64,000 nucleotides of DNA from Paraspadella gotoi (Eukaryota > Animalia > Chaetognatha): the NCBI GenBank assembly GCA_051294375.1, contig CM119264.1, positions 26,758,847-26,822,846 on the forward strand, given 5' to 3'. Within the stretch, counting starts at the first letter, position 1. Each line of letters begins with the position of its first letter. The notes beneath the pieces are model-generated. The model had not been told where the DNA came from. It did no database searches and saw only the letters and a program-made list of their open reading frames with translations. Shown here piece by piece: positions 27,791 to 40,857 of the stretch. The position numbers and the translations under genes were made by a program.

Positions 27791-28045
27791 ATGAACGGCG
27801 AATTTTGAAATAGAAATAGAGTTAAAGCAAAAATTGAGAGAAAGTAAAGAATTGGAAGCGAATAATAAGAATAACGGAAATGGAGATGACAAAGCCTTTG
27901 TCAAAGGGAAAGGGGAAAAACTTATAACGAAAAAAAATATATGAATAATAAATTAGCCTTGTTTAACCGTTTTAACAATATTGTTAGTCAACTAGAATGC
28001 CACCAATTCACCTTGGTCATTGTCATCTCTTGTCATATGGCCATT

Positions 28046-28143
28046 GGCCAATCTACCATCTCCTCTCATTGATGCCAATCTGTCATCTCCTATCATTGAT
28101 CTCAATTGACCATCTCCTATCATTAATACCATTCTACCATCTT
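28046..28143. repeat. 27-bp degenerate tandem repeat (CATCTCCTATCATTGATGCCAATCTGT-like)
   Basis: About 4 copies; also present at about 38440-38558 in the duplicate. Confidence 0.7.
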
Positions 28144-29810
28144 CAGCGACACGAGAAATTCCTTTCCAGGCCTTCCCCCGGCGTCGTCGCCGCCCCCATC
28201 GCCGTCGCGTCTATTTCCGGCGTCGTTTTCGTCCTCGTTCGCGAAACGGCGTCTCGACGCCGAGATTCTCAATTCCAATTTTCGTTTCCATCGCCCCGAG
28301 AGAAGGCGCCGCCGCAAAGAAAAAGGAGCGCCGAGTAAAACTGGGAATACTCGACGCCGAGACCAGACATTTCTCAATATTCTCAATTTCGCTTTTCGTT
28401 TCCATCTCGACCACCGGAGCAGAAGCCGCGCCGCCGCAAAGAAAAGCGAAGCGCCGGCATAAGGTCGCACGAGTAAAAACTGTGAACTTCTAGGCCTCTT
28501 TGCCCACCCTACACATCTGCCCCCCCGTCCCCCCTTGTGCTCAACCAACAAAGAAGGGGCAAAGTCCGCTCATCAACTAAGCAACCACTGCTCTAGGGGA
28601 ATGCGAGCTCACTATCTATCCCTCTCCTCATCTCTACCTACCTTCCCTCGTCGTCCCTCTCTTCTCCTCTCATCTCTCTACTTCTAATCATCCTCCTTCT
28701 CCTCCTCTCTCTCCTTCGACACTTGTGCTCATGCTCGAGACCAAATTTTTTTTTTGCGGCATCACAATTTCTAATCGCAAACAAAAACTATTTTCTCGTT
28801 TCGACTTGCCGTACCGCCCGCCGCCGCGCCCAGCCCGCCGCCATCGCCGCCCGCCCNNNNNNNNNNNNNNNNNNNNNNNNNCCGCCGCCGCCGCCGCCGC
28901 TGCCGACGCAGCCATCGTAGCTGCCATCAATAACAGCGCCAGGGCCGGCACAAACGGCGACGCCGCCAGCGCCGTCCTCTGTCGACGGCGCCGCGTCGAT
29001 CGTTGATCGTCGATCATATAATTGTATACTGTAGTCGAGCATTGCCTAGGTTCACCCCGCCTATAAGCATGATACTTTCAGTTGTGACCCGGTGGCTCAT
29101 TGAGTAAAGCCATCAGCTCATGGCCACAATACTTTAATTGCTCAGCTAAAATTTGTTAGCAATATAAATAAACTAAAAGTAAACAGACGCGATTTTGGGT
29201 TAATAATCCTTTCTTGTATTGTCTTTTACCACAACCGATATTGAAAATTGTTTTACCCCTTTGCGGTTTTAAGATGAGAATGTGCTTGCGTAATAGTATC
29301 AATCTGCTTTTCAACGCTGTTTTGTGTTTAGTTAGCATTTGTTTGCTTGTTTGTTTTAAAGAGAGAGAGAGAGAGGGAGAGAGAAGAGAGAGGAGAGAGA
29401 GAGAGAGACGAGGCGTCTNNNNNNNNNNNNNNNNNNNNNNNNNNNNNNNNNNNNNNNNNNNNNNNNNNNNNNNNNNNNNNNNNNNNNNNNNNNNNNNNNN
29501 NNNNNNNNNNNNNNNNNNNNNNNNNNNNNNNNNNNNNNNNNNNNNNNNNNNNNNNNNNNNNNNNNNNNNNNNNNNNNNNNNNNNNNGTGTGTTTAAAGCG
29601 CCGACGCCATCTATTTCGCCATCCAGTTTCCCGCCATTTTTCTTAGTTGGTTTCTTTGGACTCGTTGCTTCCCGGTTTGTACCTGAGAATCGAGAAAAGT
29701 CATTTTGCCGGATTCTCTTTGTATAAAAAAGGGCAAAACTGCATAATCTCTCGATTTGGCTTATCAAGTAAGAATCGTTAAAATTTAATCGCTCTAAGCA
29801 TTAAGTTTTT

Positions 29811-29863
<53 letters not shown>

Positions 29864-29870
29864 AACTCAC

Positions 29871-30036
29871 CAGTGCTCCTCGTGCACGTATTTCTTGTGC
29901 ACTGGTGCATCACTGATCTCATCCAAGTTTCCCTTTTTCGCCTTCTTCAGGACCGAGGCTTTCTCCGATCCTTTGATCGACTCGTACTCGTCGTGTTCGG
30001 TCCCAATCTCTTTCTCCATGTTCTGTCCCTGGACGT
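29871..30036 (-). CDS. Secreted prohormone-like gene, exon 4
   Basis: CTAAT branch point, CCTTTCCTTACCAG acceptor and GTGAGT donor. Phase 1 in matches exon 3. Reads (D)VQGQNMEKEIGTEHDEYESIKGSEKASVLKKAKKGNLDEISDAPVHKKYVHEEH+TG. The downstream exon was not identified. Confidence 0.75.
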
Positions 30037-30583
30037 CTGGTAAGGAAAGGATAAATTAGAGGAAAGTTAAGAGAAAAATGGAGAATTGATTGAAGTCAGG
30101 TAATTTATTGCGTGATTTTGTGAAAATGAATGCTGAAATGGTGAACGAGGTGGAAAGAACTGTTCAGCAAGTCTTACGAATCAAGAACCGAAAGACATGT
30201 TGGTATTAATTAAAAATATATATACATTATACAATCGCCATCAATCTTTTATTAAACTACTAACAGCAAGCTAGAATTTAAAAAAAATACAAAAGGGAGA
30301 CAACAAATGCAGGATTTCCTGAGTATGTCGTTGTCAAAGAAATAGCTAACATGATCAGTCTTACCATACCTGAATAGACAAAAACAGACAAGTTCGCATA
30401 CAACAATAACATTTCTAATATTTGTACACTTCGACGCTTGCAAGCTCATTTCTATTTCTCCCAACTTCACCCTAATGCATAGAGTGGAGAGGGGGGGCGC
30501 CCGGGGTGGCGGGAATTAACATGGTTTGTTTACTCAAGTCGATGTGAGATTCTCCCCCAACGACTCCGCGTTTATTGCCCCCT

Positions 30584-30615
<32 letters not shown>

Positions 30616-30901
30616 GTGCTCTCTCGTCTCTCCTCTCTCTCTCTCTCCTCACCTCCTCTCTCTCTCTCTCTCTCTCTCTCTTCGCTGCTTAAAACACACC
30701 AGGTTTGACTTTAATAGCCTGCCCTCTCTTACTGCCCTGTTTCAGACACATTTTAAAATCGGATGATTACATTTATCACTCTTTTCTTTTTTCTTTTTTT
30801 TCTTTAACTTTTTTTTCCCTCTTTCTGCACTTTTTTTCGTTCCTTTTGGATAATAAACAAAAAGGAGAGAGCAAAAGATGAGAAAAGATTCATCTCTCTC
30901 T

Positions 30902-30987
<86 letters not shown>

Positions 30988-31933
30988 TTTATGAGCCTGG
31001 GGTTCTCCTTCGGCCCCTCAAGCGCCAACGAGAAATTTGGGTCATTTTCCCGTCGGCAATTTTTTTTTTCTACTTCTACTCCTTTTGAAGAGAATCGCTG
31101 GTGATCTATGGAAGAACTTGGAGCAGCTCCAGCATGCTGCAGCACTGGACGGCCGTCGATGCTTCCGACGACCGCAGCCGACGCCGCAGCAGCATTCTTC
31201 TAGCGTTCCTCTCTTCTTTTTTAAGCAAAACAAAAAACAAAAAAACGAGCGGCGCCGTTTTCATTCGCCTTTACCAGCTCTTCACACTTTCTACGGGGTC
31301 ATCGTTATTTTCTACCTGAATATTTACATTAACGTTGAATCAAAATGTCCAACTCCAAAAGCAATAATTCGGGCATATTTCAGCAGCCGTTTCTATAACA
31401 TCATTGTTGATCATGCAAACACAAAGGCAGCTTTCCATCGAAAATAGATAGAGACTTTGTTCATCACTCGATGAAATATTTACGCCCAAACTTCAGCAAT
31501 GGTTAGAAAACTAAAATACTTAAAAAGCGATAGTTCATCTCAAGAGTCACATATGGAGTCACACACTTTTTTTCGATTTGCGTTTTCGTCGGAGGAGACT
31601 ATCTTACACTCCCCCCCCCCTCAAAATTTGCCGAAACCAATGACCCGATAAAATTTATAAAATGTTGGAGTTTAGTCAGGTTTATTTCATTGTTTAATGT
31701 CCCTGAAGCTTAAACTCAAGGGCTGATAGCCTTAACCCTGAAAAAGTGTTCATCGTCGTGGTCGTCGTCGTTATCGTCGTCGTCATAGTCGTCGTCATCG
31801 TCGTCACCATCGTCGTCGTCGTCCATGTCGATCCTCGCGCTAAAAGGCTCGTGACAGTCGAGTCTCCAAGGTGATTCTTCACCAAGACTTCGCCATTCAC
31901 TTTATCATGCTCTCCTCTTCTCTCCTCTCTCTC

Positions 31934-31974
<41 letters not shown>

Positions 31975-34044
31975 CTCTCCTCTTTTCACTTTCTTATTGT
32001 GCCTTCATTCTCTCTCTCCTTTCTCTCTCATCTCCCCTCTCTCTCTCCATCTCACTTATTCTCCCAAAGCCTAACATCATTTAAGATGTTCTCCCTCAGA
32101 TCAACCAAGATCATCTAAAATGATATCACATCTTAGATGATAATTATTTTCTCTTGTTCGTTACTTCGACGGCGATGAAAGACGAACATCCATCAGGCGT
32201 AGATTCTATTGCAGTTTCTCTCTCTTCCCTCAACACCCGTTGCTTTTTTCTTGCACCCTTTCATCTAATCGCCCTACCCACTTTTTTAAAGAAAATAACT
32301 ATCCGAGATTGCTTATCGAACTCATCGCCTTCTCCGCTCGCTACGCCCCCTCAAGTCTAATGTGGGGCGATCTTTGCGCACCCTTGCATCTCATTGCTTA
32401 AAAAAAAGAAAAAAAGATAGAAAGAAAGAAAGAAAGAGTCGTTGTAGTATAAAGAAGAAAAAACTGAGCGGGAAGAAAAGAAAGAGAGAAGTGAAAAAGA
32501 TAAAAAATACATTCGTATCAGATTCAGATAGGAACAAGAATTATCATCCCAGTATATGAAGTATAAAAGAAAAAAAAAGAGGAAAAAAAAATAAGAGAGG
32601 AAAAAGAAGAAGTAGAGGAAGAAGAAAAAAAGAAAAGTGAATCAAAAAAAAGAGAAGAGAAAGAAAAGAATACCTATTCAAACACTCCTCCCCATTCCCT
32701 CTCTCTCTTCCTCTTTTGAAAAAAAAATGGCGCGTATTTCTCTGTTTATTTATCCCCGTAGCAGAAAAAAAAAGCAAAAAAAAAAAAAAGAAAGAAAAAA
32801 GCAGGAGTGCATCGGAATCTCGGGGTTTTTCTCTCTAACGATGCCGGAAATCGAAACTCGCTTCCAGGTCCCGAGGGGTCAAACCTTTTTCAAATCCGCG
32901 GCCAACGGGATTTCTGAATTTCTTTCTTTTTTTTCTTTTTTTTTTTTTTGCCCTAGAACGATTATTAATAGAGGGCCGAAGGGGTTGCGCCCGGGCCGGG
33001 GTTGGGGTGGTTAAGGGTTCGGAGCTCAAGGGGGCATGGACAAAGGTAGGGAGGTAAAGGAGAAATAGGGGCAAAGAAATAAAAGAATAAGGAAGGTAAG
33101 TTACGAAAGAGGAATGCGCAGATATTTATTATGACCGGAAGGAGAGAAGCCTTGAAAAGGCAGGGGGGTGGGGGGGGCCTTGTGGATATTTAGCGTGGCG
33201 GCGCGTGGCGGCGAGCGTCGGCCCGCGCGGGCGAAAGGCAAACATGACCCACATTTCTTCTCTAGATTGACTCGAAAGTCAAAAGAGGACGGGGGAAAGA
33301 GGGGGGGGGAGGCTGGTGGGCAGAAAAGACTCAAGTATCAGAGAGGGCATTAGGTGAAGACTGAGAGTGTCGGAGAAGGTATTAGGTTAAGGTTTAAACG
33401 TGCGAGAGGGCATTGAGGGGTATCGAAGTATCAGAAAAGAGCATTGGGTTATGATAAGAGTCAGTGAGAGGGATAAGAAAAGAAAATCTAGTTAATAGAT
33501 TAAAATGTTAAAAGAGGCGGAAATGTATTTTTTTTTTTAAAAAGTGATCTAGATTCTAGAGATTTGACAAAAGTACTTGATACTTGATACTTGATAGAAA
33601 TTTTGAAGAACCGGTTATTTAGTAAGGTATCAGGGTAGGGAGCGATATTCTTCGGACTGAATGACAGAGAAAGCATATTACATATTTATTACAATAGCCT
33701 GGTCCCATATACTACTATACCGAGAGCTCGGATAGAAATGAATGAAATCTGAATAAAAGAGAGGAAAAGAAAAAAACGCTCTCTGAGTCTCTGGCGCCGG
33801 GGGAGATAAAAGATGGAATCGAGATGGAATCAAATATGGCACCGATAAGAACAGAATCGAACAAAAAAGAAGATCAACGCAAAACTTGACTCATTTCGAA
33901 TGTTCGTAATCGCTCTTTCTTTTACCAAAACCACTCAGACAATCCGATCTACGCTCTCTAAGATAACCATACCTCGAGTTCCACCCATAACCACCTTAAT
34001 CTCACCCCCCAACACCCCAACCTCTACCTTCACCCCCACCTCAC

Positions 34045-34509
34045 CGATCTGCGCCTCCAACGCGTCGCCAAAGTCGCTGGCGTCGAGAACTTTGTCGCCG
34101 GTTTTCCCTCGAGCGAAGTCGTCCCAGCGGCGCGCACGAAGCCGGCGCCATTTCAAGGCCGCGATGTCTAGAGTGGCGCGGCGGCGTCGCCCGATCCCGA
34201 TGTGAGCGAGGAAATCGGCGGCGTTGTCGATGGCCTCCGTCTTGGCTTTGTCGTCGGCGTTAATTCCCTTAGCGACGGCGTCGGTTTTGGCTTCGGACGA
34301 GACGGCGTCGGAGGCGGAGGAGGTGGCGCTTTTCTTCGTGTGAGCGGCGCTGCGGTTGGTCGTCGCCTCCGCGCCGATCGAGATCGCCTGGCGCCCGTCC
34401 AAGCCGCCACCAGTGGCGCCGCCGTACGTCATGTCGGGCATCGACTTCTTTCCCCACTGGAGGTCGGTGTCGATGCCGAAGAAGGTCCCGTCCGCCGAGT
34501 TGACGTCGC
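34045..34509 (-). CDS. Secreted prohormone-like gene, exon 3 (465 nt; amidation and dibasic sites)
   Basis: Branch-like TACTCAC, pyrimidine tract and AAG acceptor; G|GTGAG donor. Symmetric phase 1-1, stop-free and GC-rich. Encodes (S)DVNSADGTFFGIDTDLQW-GKK...NAADFLAHIGI-GRRRR...RR-WDDFAR-GK...AQI. Confidence 0.78.
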
Positions 34510-34635
34510 CTTGGGAGAATTGAAGGGATGAGGAAGATGATCGGGTGAGTAACGGATAACGACGTCATCGTTGGCGTTGATATTGTTTCAGCTGAATGTT
34601 ATAAAAAATAAATCATCTATACAAAGAAAACTTAC

Positions 34636-34666
34636 TTCCTGGATTTTTCTTGAAATCGTTGTCTAT
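34636..34666 (-). CDS. Secreted prohormone-like gene, exon 2 (31-nt microexon)
   Basis: Strong acceptor TTTTATTTCTCTCTTCAG and GTAAGT donor. Reads IDNDFKKNPG+A (phase 0 to phase 1), compatible with exon 3. Confidence 0.7.
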
Positions 34667-34874
34667 CTGAAGAGAGAAATAAAATGACAAATTCGTTTGT
34701 TCAATGTTGATTCTCAATAAAAGTTTAAAAATTTAAAAGGTTTTAGTAGAAAACAAAAGGTAAAATTCGTTTCACTCTAAGAAAGTATAATAGAATTTTA
34801 AACTTCTATTTATTATTTATTCATTTTTCTTAATTCTTTGTTCTAATTCTCAAACTCATTAACGAAATTCTCGC

Positions 34875-34948
34875 CTCTTTTTCGAAGGTCGTTTCGCCGC
34901 CGACAACAGTCGTCATCGCCATCAACGCCACAATAAAAGCGCCGCAAA

Positions 34949-34990
<42 letters not shown>

Positions 34991-35012
34991 TGCCGCCGTT
35001 TCGACGCGCCAT
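34875..35012 (-). CDS. Secreted prohormone-like gene, exon 1 (signal peptide)
   Basis: Reads MARRNGGS(G)13VCGAFIVALMAMTTVVGG-ETTFEKE: basic n-region, hydrophobic core, small residues at the putative cleavage site. The phase-0 join to exon 2 is best satisfied by a non-canonical GAG|GCGAGA donor. Confidence 0.62.
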
Positions 35013-37385
35013 CTATATTTCCCGCGTGAGAATCTTCCCTCGACGCGATTAAGTCAAAAAGCGACGCCTCGCGACTCGAATTTTCCTCAACAAATCATCA
35101 TTTTTCGAAACTGAATAACTTTTTTTTTTCTTTGTTTTTGTTGTTTTATCTTTTTTTTTTCTTTCTCTTTTGTTTTCGGCGACGAAAACAAAGAAAATCG
35201 TCGGTAACTCGAAAATTTACGCGTCAATTTCTTTCGCGTTTTTTGTTTTTTCGTCGCTGGAGAGATGAGGAAAGCGACCGCTAGATGGAGTCAGATTAGA
35301 TCGGAGAGGAATTTCTTCTTTACTGTTTTGTTTAATTGTTTAATTTTTAGTTTTTATCTATTTACTTTTATGCCTTCATTCCTTTTCAGATTTCGTCCTA
35401 ATAACCAGAAGTATTGTAGAGTATTTTGATTTCGGTTAAGTTTATTAATTATGAAAATTGCAAAATTACTCACTATTCAATCTTAATAGTTTTTAAAATA
35501 TACATATTTACTGTTCTATTCATCTTAATATTTTTTACGTTTTATCTCTCATTCCTCTCATTTTTTACTTTATTTCATTTAACTAATCTTTTCATTTCAA
35601 CTTCATTTTCTTCAACCTCGATTTTTTCTTCTCCTCGATTTCATCTTCTTTTTCCTTTCGTTGTAAACGAGAAACTTTATTTCCTCTTCTCGGTTTTCCC
35701 GCCATTTTCCCCTCTCTCTCTCTCTCTCTCTCTCCCTTCTCTCTTCTCTTCTTCTCTCTCTCTCTCTCTCCTTCCATCTCTCTCTCTAGTCTCCTCTCTC
35801 TCCGGTCTTCTTCTTCCTGTCTCCTCACTTCGTTATCTCAATTTTTCCGCATTTTTCCACTACCTGGTGCAGACCCAGAGGAAGATGACGCAGCGATATG
35901 AATGAAGAGCTTGATGTTTCTTTGACTATTTCTTACTCTCTTCTCTCTCTCTCTCCCTCTTCTCTGCCCTCATCTCTCTCTCTCTTCTCCTTCTTTCTCT
36001 TTCTCTCTCTATTCTCTCTATCTCTTCTATCTTACTCTCTTCTACTCTCTCCTCCATCTATCTCCTCTCTCTCTTCGGTTCTTTTAATTTCTCCTTCTTC
36101 TTTGCATTGGATGATTTTTTAAGACGCCGGCGGAATTGGCCCCCGGAGACGCGCACCTTGACTTTTCCTCTCCCTCTCTCTCCTCCTCCTCCTCTCTCTC
36201 GTCTTCTTTCCTCTTCGTCCTCTCATTCTCTCTTTCTCCTTTCCCCCTTTCTCTCTTCTTCTCTTTGTCTCTCTATCTTCTCTCTCTCTCCTTCTCTCCC
36301 CGTCTTTTTCTTCTCTTCGTCCTCCTTTTGGATGAAGACTGGGGTAGTCCCCCAATTCCCGACCTCCGTGTTTTATGGGAATTACTTACTTTTTTTTGCC
36401 TTCGTTACTTCCGGCCTTTAAAACAAATAATAATAAGACTAAGAAAAAAAAAGCCTTAAAAAAAAACCTGTAAAATGTTCTTGTCGCTTTTTTTTTTCTT
36501 TCGATTTCAAAACGTAGTTTTCCCAGAAGGGCAATCGTACGGACGTACGGACTTACAGCGCGAACGTTTTATCGCGGGACGAATAATCTCGTAACGACTA
36601 TGAGACTGTCGACTAATTATCTTGGAAATCAATTTAAATGTACAATTGGAATTTTTAATTTGTTTTCAAGTTTTTTAATTTTTTTCATTAATACATTTTT
36701 CGAATATTAAATCCGACTCATTCCCCATTATTAACTTTCCTCTTCCTTTGGCTTTTTCACCTTCCTCTCGAGTCTCTACTCTTCTCTCCCCATTATTTCC
36801 ATTTCATTTTTTTATTATTGTTTCATTATAATTGTTCAATTGTTTTCGTCAAAGACTCTTCCGTCATACATAGTTCCACTCTCCTTCCATTTAAATCTCT
36901 ATGGTTCTCGACTCCTCTCTCTCTCCTCTCTTATCTCGACTTCTCTATTTTCTTACCTCCCTATTCTCTAACTTCTTTACTTCTCTACTCTCTCCTTATC
37001 CTTCCCCTCTTTACTTTCTGTCGCCTTCGAACCACTTGACTCTTTTGTTTATGTTGGCTTCTCTTCTGTTTTTCGTCTGTCATAGAGAGAGAGAGAGAGA
37101 GAGANNNNNNNNNNNNNNNNNNNNNNNNNNNNNNNNNNNNNNNNNNNNNNNNNNNNNNNNNNNNNNNNNNNNNNNNNNNNNNNNNNNNNNNNNNNNNNNN
37201 NNNNNNNNNNNNNNNNNNNNNNNNNNNNNNNNNNNNNNNNNNNNNNNNNNNNNNNNNNNNNNNNNNNNNNNNNNNNNNNNNNNNNNNNNNNNNNNNNNNN
37301 NNNNNNNNNNNNNNNNNNNNNNNNNNNNNNNACGCATGCAGCGACGACATAGAACGACAACAACAACGACCCAATAAAGAACCGT

Positions 37386-37442
37386 TGATGACGATGACGA
37401 TGATGATGATGATGATGATGATGATNNNNNNNNNNNNNNNNN

Positions 37443-37474
<32 letters not shown>

Positions 37475-37617
37475 TTGATGATTATTATGATGATGATGAT
37501 AATGATGATGACGATGATGATGATTCATCAGAAGATGATGATGATTATGAGGATGATGACGATGATGATGATGATTATGATAATGATGATGATAATGATA
37601 ATGATGATGGTGATGAT
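37386..37617. repeat. (GAT)n microsatellite
   Basis: Long imperfect GAT run with an internal N gap; noisy counterpart at about 47590-47850. Confidence 0.95.
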
Positions 37618-37784
37618 ATTTATCTTTTCCGTGTTGATCCCGAACGGTTTCCTATTGTTTCTGGAGTATTGCATCGAGTATGGAGTATTGGACTGAGAAT
37701 TGACGTTTTATGACTGCTTTATAATAAATTAAAAATATATTTTATATTTTAGTATCTCTTCAAAGATTATATTTTACTTCTTTT

Positions 37785-37825
<41 letters not shown>

Positions 37826-38188
37826 TTCTGTTCTTCATTTCTCATTGCTTTGCCCATATTTTTCACGGTCCTCTCCCAGGGTTCGCTATGGTCGTCGAGG
37901 GGCCGGCAATGAATTGCTGCCGCTGCCTCTGCCACTGCCGCGTCCCCTGCGGCAGAATTCGGCAACGGTTTCGATCGCGTTGGAGAAAAAAGTTTCGGCA
38001 GCAGACAATCTCACCCTGGGCTGATGAGAGGTGAGTTTTTTGCTCTAAGTCTTGTTTCACGAAAGAAAGAGAGAGAGAAGAGACGACGAAGAGAGAGACG
38101 AGAGAGAGAGAGAGAGAGAGAGATGATTGGATGACGAACTGAGGCCCGAGGAGAGAGCGATGAGAAATCGAGAGTTAAAGGCAGAGAC

Positions 38189-38872
38189 AGAAATAGAGTT
38201 TAAAAAGCAAAAATTGGACCGGGAGAAATGTTAAAGAATTTGGAGAACGCGAATAATAAGTAATACGGAAATGGAGATTGACAAAGCCTCTTGTCAAAGG
38301 GAAAGGGGGAAAATTTAGAACGCAAAAAAATTATATGTAATAAATAAAATCTAGCCTTTTTAACCGTTTTGTTAACAATATTTAGTTAACGTTGAAGCCA
38401 CAGTCAACCTCGAATTGCCACAATTCAACCTTAGGTCATTGTCATCTCTGTTTCATATGGCTAATCTACCATCTCCTCTCATTTGTGCCAATCTGTCATC
38501 TCCTATCATTGATCTCAATTTGAACCATCTCCTATCATTAATACCATTCTACCATCTTCAGCGACACGAAAAATCTTTCCAGGCCTATCCCCCGGCGTTC
38601 GTGCCGCCCCCATCGCCGTCGCGTCTATTTCCGGCGTCGTTTTCGTCCTCGTTCCGCGAAACGGCCGTCGTCTCGACGGCCCGAGATTCTCAATTCCAAT
38701 TTTTCGTTTCCATCGCCCCGAGAGAAGGCCCCCGCCGCAAAGAAAAAAGGAGCGCGCCCCGAGTAAAATTGGGAACTCTAGGCTCTTTGCCCCTACAACC
38801 TGCCCCCCCCCATGCCACCAACAAAGCAAGGTTCAAGTCCGGCCATAACAGCGCCACGGGCATCTGAAGCTC

Positions 38873-38907
<35 letters not shown>

Positions 38908-39942
38908 CATCACTCTCTTCTTGACACTGGATGCTCGACCAAAATTTTTTTGCCCTCAATTTCTATCGCAAACAAAACTATTTCTCCGTCGTTCCGCCGC
39001 CGCCGGCCGCCGCTGCGACGCACAGCCATCGTAGCTGCCATTTCAATAACAGCGCCAGGCCGTGCGGCACAAACGGCGTACCGCCGCCAGGCGCCATCCT
39101 CTGTCGCCGGCGCCGCGTCGATCGTTGATCGTCGATCATATAATTGGTTATACTGTGTCGACCATGCCTAGCGTTCACCCCGCCTATAAGCATGTGATAC
39201 TTTCAGTAGATGTAACCCGGTTGCTTCATTGAGTTAAAAGCCATCAGCTCATGGCCACAATACTTTAATTGCTCAGCTGGAATTGTTAACAATATAAAAT
39301 AAACTAAAAGTAAACGACGGCGATTTTGGTCGGTTAATAAATACCTTTCTTTGATATTGGTCTTTTACCACAACCGATATTGAAATTGTTTTTACCCCTT
39401 TGCGCGTTTTAAGATGAAGAATGTGCTTGGCGTAATAGTATCAATTCTGCTTTTTTCAACGCTGTTTTGTAGTGTTAGTTAAGCATTTGTTTTGCTTGTT
39501 TTTTAAAGCAAGAGAGAGGAGGAGAGAGAAGAGAGACGAGACGAGAGAGAGAGATGAGAGAGAGGAAGAGAATTGAGAAGGCAATGAAATCAAACAGATT
39601 TAAAAGGAATTTCTCGCTCGAAAAAAGGAGAGAGAGAGGGAAAGGAGAGAGAAGAGAGAGAAGAGAAAGAGAGAGAGAGAGCAGATGACGGAGAGAAGAG
39701 AGGTCTGTTCCTGTGTTTTAAAAGCTGCCGACGCCATCTATTTCGCCATCCAGTTTTCCCGCCATTTTTCTTAGTTGCGTTTCTTGGACTCATTGCTCGG
39801 TTTTGTACCTGAGAATCGAGAAAAGTCATTTGCCGCGATTCTCTTTGTAATAAAAAAAGGGGCAAAACTTGCATAATCTCTCAATTATTGCTTATCAAGT
39901 AGGAATTCGTTTAATATAATCGCTCTAAGCATTTAAGTTTTT

Positions 39943-40028
<86 letters not shown>

Positions 40029-40819
40029 CTACTCTCAACTCACCAGTTCTCCTCGTGCACGTATTTCTTTGTTGCACTGGTTGCCATCACTGATCTCATC
40101 CAAGTTTCCCTTTTTCGCCTTCTTCAGGTACCGAGGCTTTCTCCATCCTTTTGAATCGGACTCGTACTCGCGTGATGTTCGGTCCAATCTCTTTCTCCCA
40201 TGTTTCTTTCCCTGCGACGTCATGGTAAGGAAAGGATAAGGTTAGAGGAAAGTTAAGAGAAAAATGGGAGAATTGACTGAAGTCAGGTAATTTAGTGCTG
40301 TGATTTGTCGGAAAATGATGCTGAAATTGATGAACGAGTGGAAAGAACTGTTCACAAGTCTACGGAATCAAGAACCGAAAACATGTTTGGTATATTTAAA
40401 AATATATATACTATATATACAATCGCCAATCAATCTTTTATTAAAACTACTAACAGCAAAGCTTAGAATTTAAAAAAAAATACAAAATGGAGACAACAAA
40501 TGCAGGTATTTCCTGAGTATGTCGTTTGTTCAAAAGAATAGCTAACATGAATCAGTCTTACCATACCTGAATAGACAAAAACAGACAAGTTCGCATACAA
40601 CAATTAAACATTTCTAATATTTGTACACTTCGACGTTGCAAGCTCCATTTCTATTTCTCCCAACTTCACCCTAATGCATAGAGTGGAGAGGGGTGGCGCC
40701 CGCGAGGTGGCGCCCGGGGTGGCGGGAATTAACATTGCGTTTTGTTTACTCAAGTTCGATGTGAGAATTCTCCCCCAACGACTCCCGTTTATTGCCCCCT
40801 TCTAAAACTCTCTCTCTCT

Positions 40820-40857
<38 letters not shown>

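Larger units (their letters stand above)
27812..38060. repeat. Copy 1 of a ~10.2-kb direct tandem duplication
   Basis: Collinear from AGAAATAGAGTT to CTAAGTCTTGTTTCAC with 38189-48332. Mostly clean sequence with intact exons and N gaps. Confidence 0.95.

Noticed and set aside
28788-29030. GC-rich - strand segment as the final exon of the prohormone-like gene
   Set aside because: It is phase-compatible after a CAG but has no polypyrimidine tract and is interrupted by an N gap. An alternative acceptor near 24716 would simply create a TGA stop. This cannot be decided from sequence alone.
33900-34568. Overlapping ORFs in other frames around prohormone-like exon 3
   Set aside because: GC-rich shadow frames; only the 34045-34509 frame is phase-compatible with both flanking exons.
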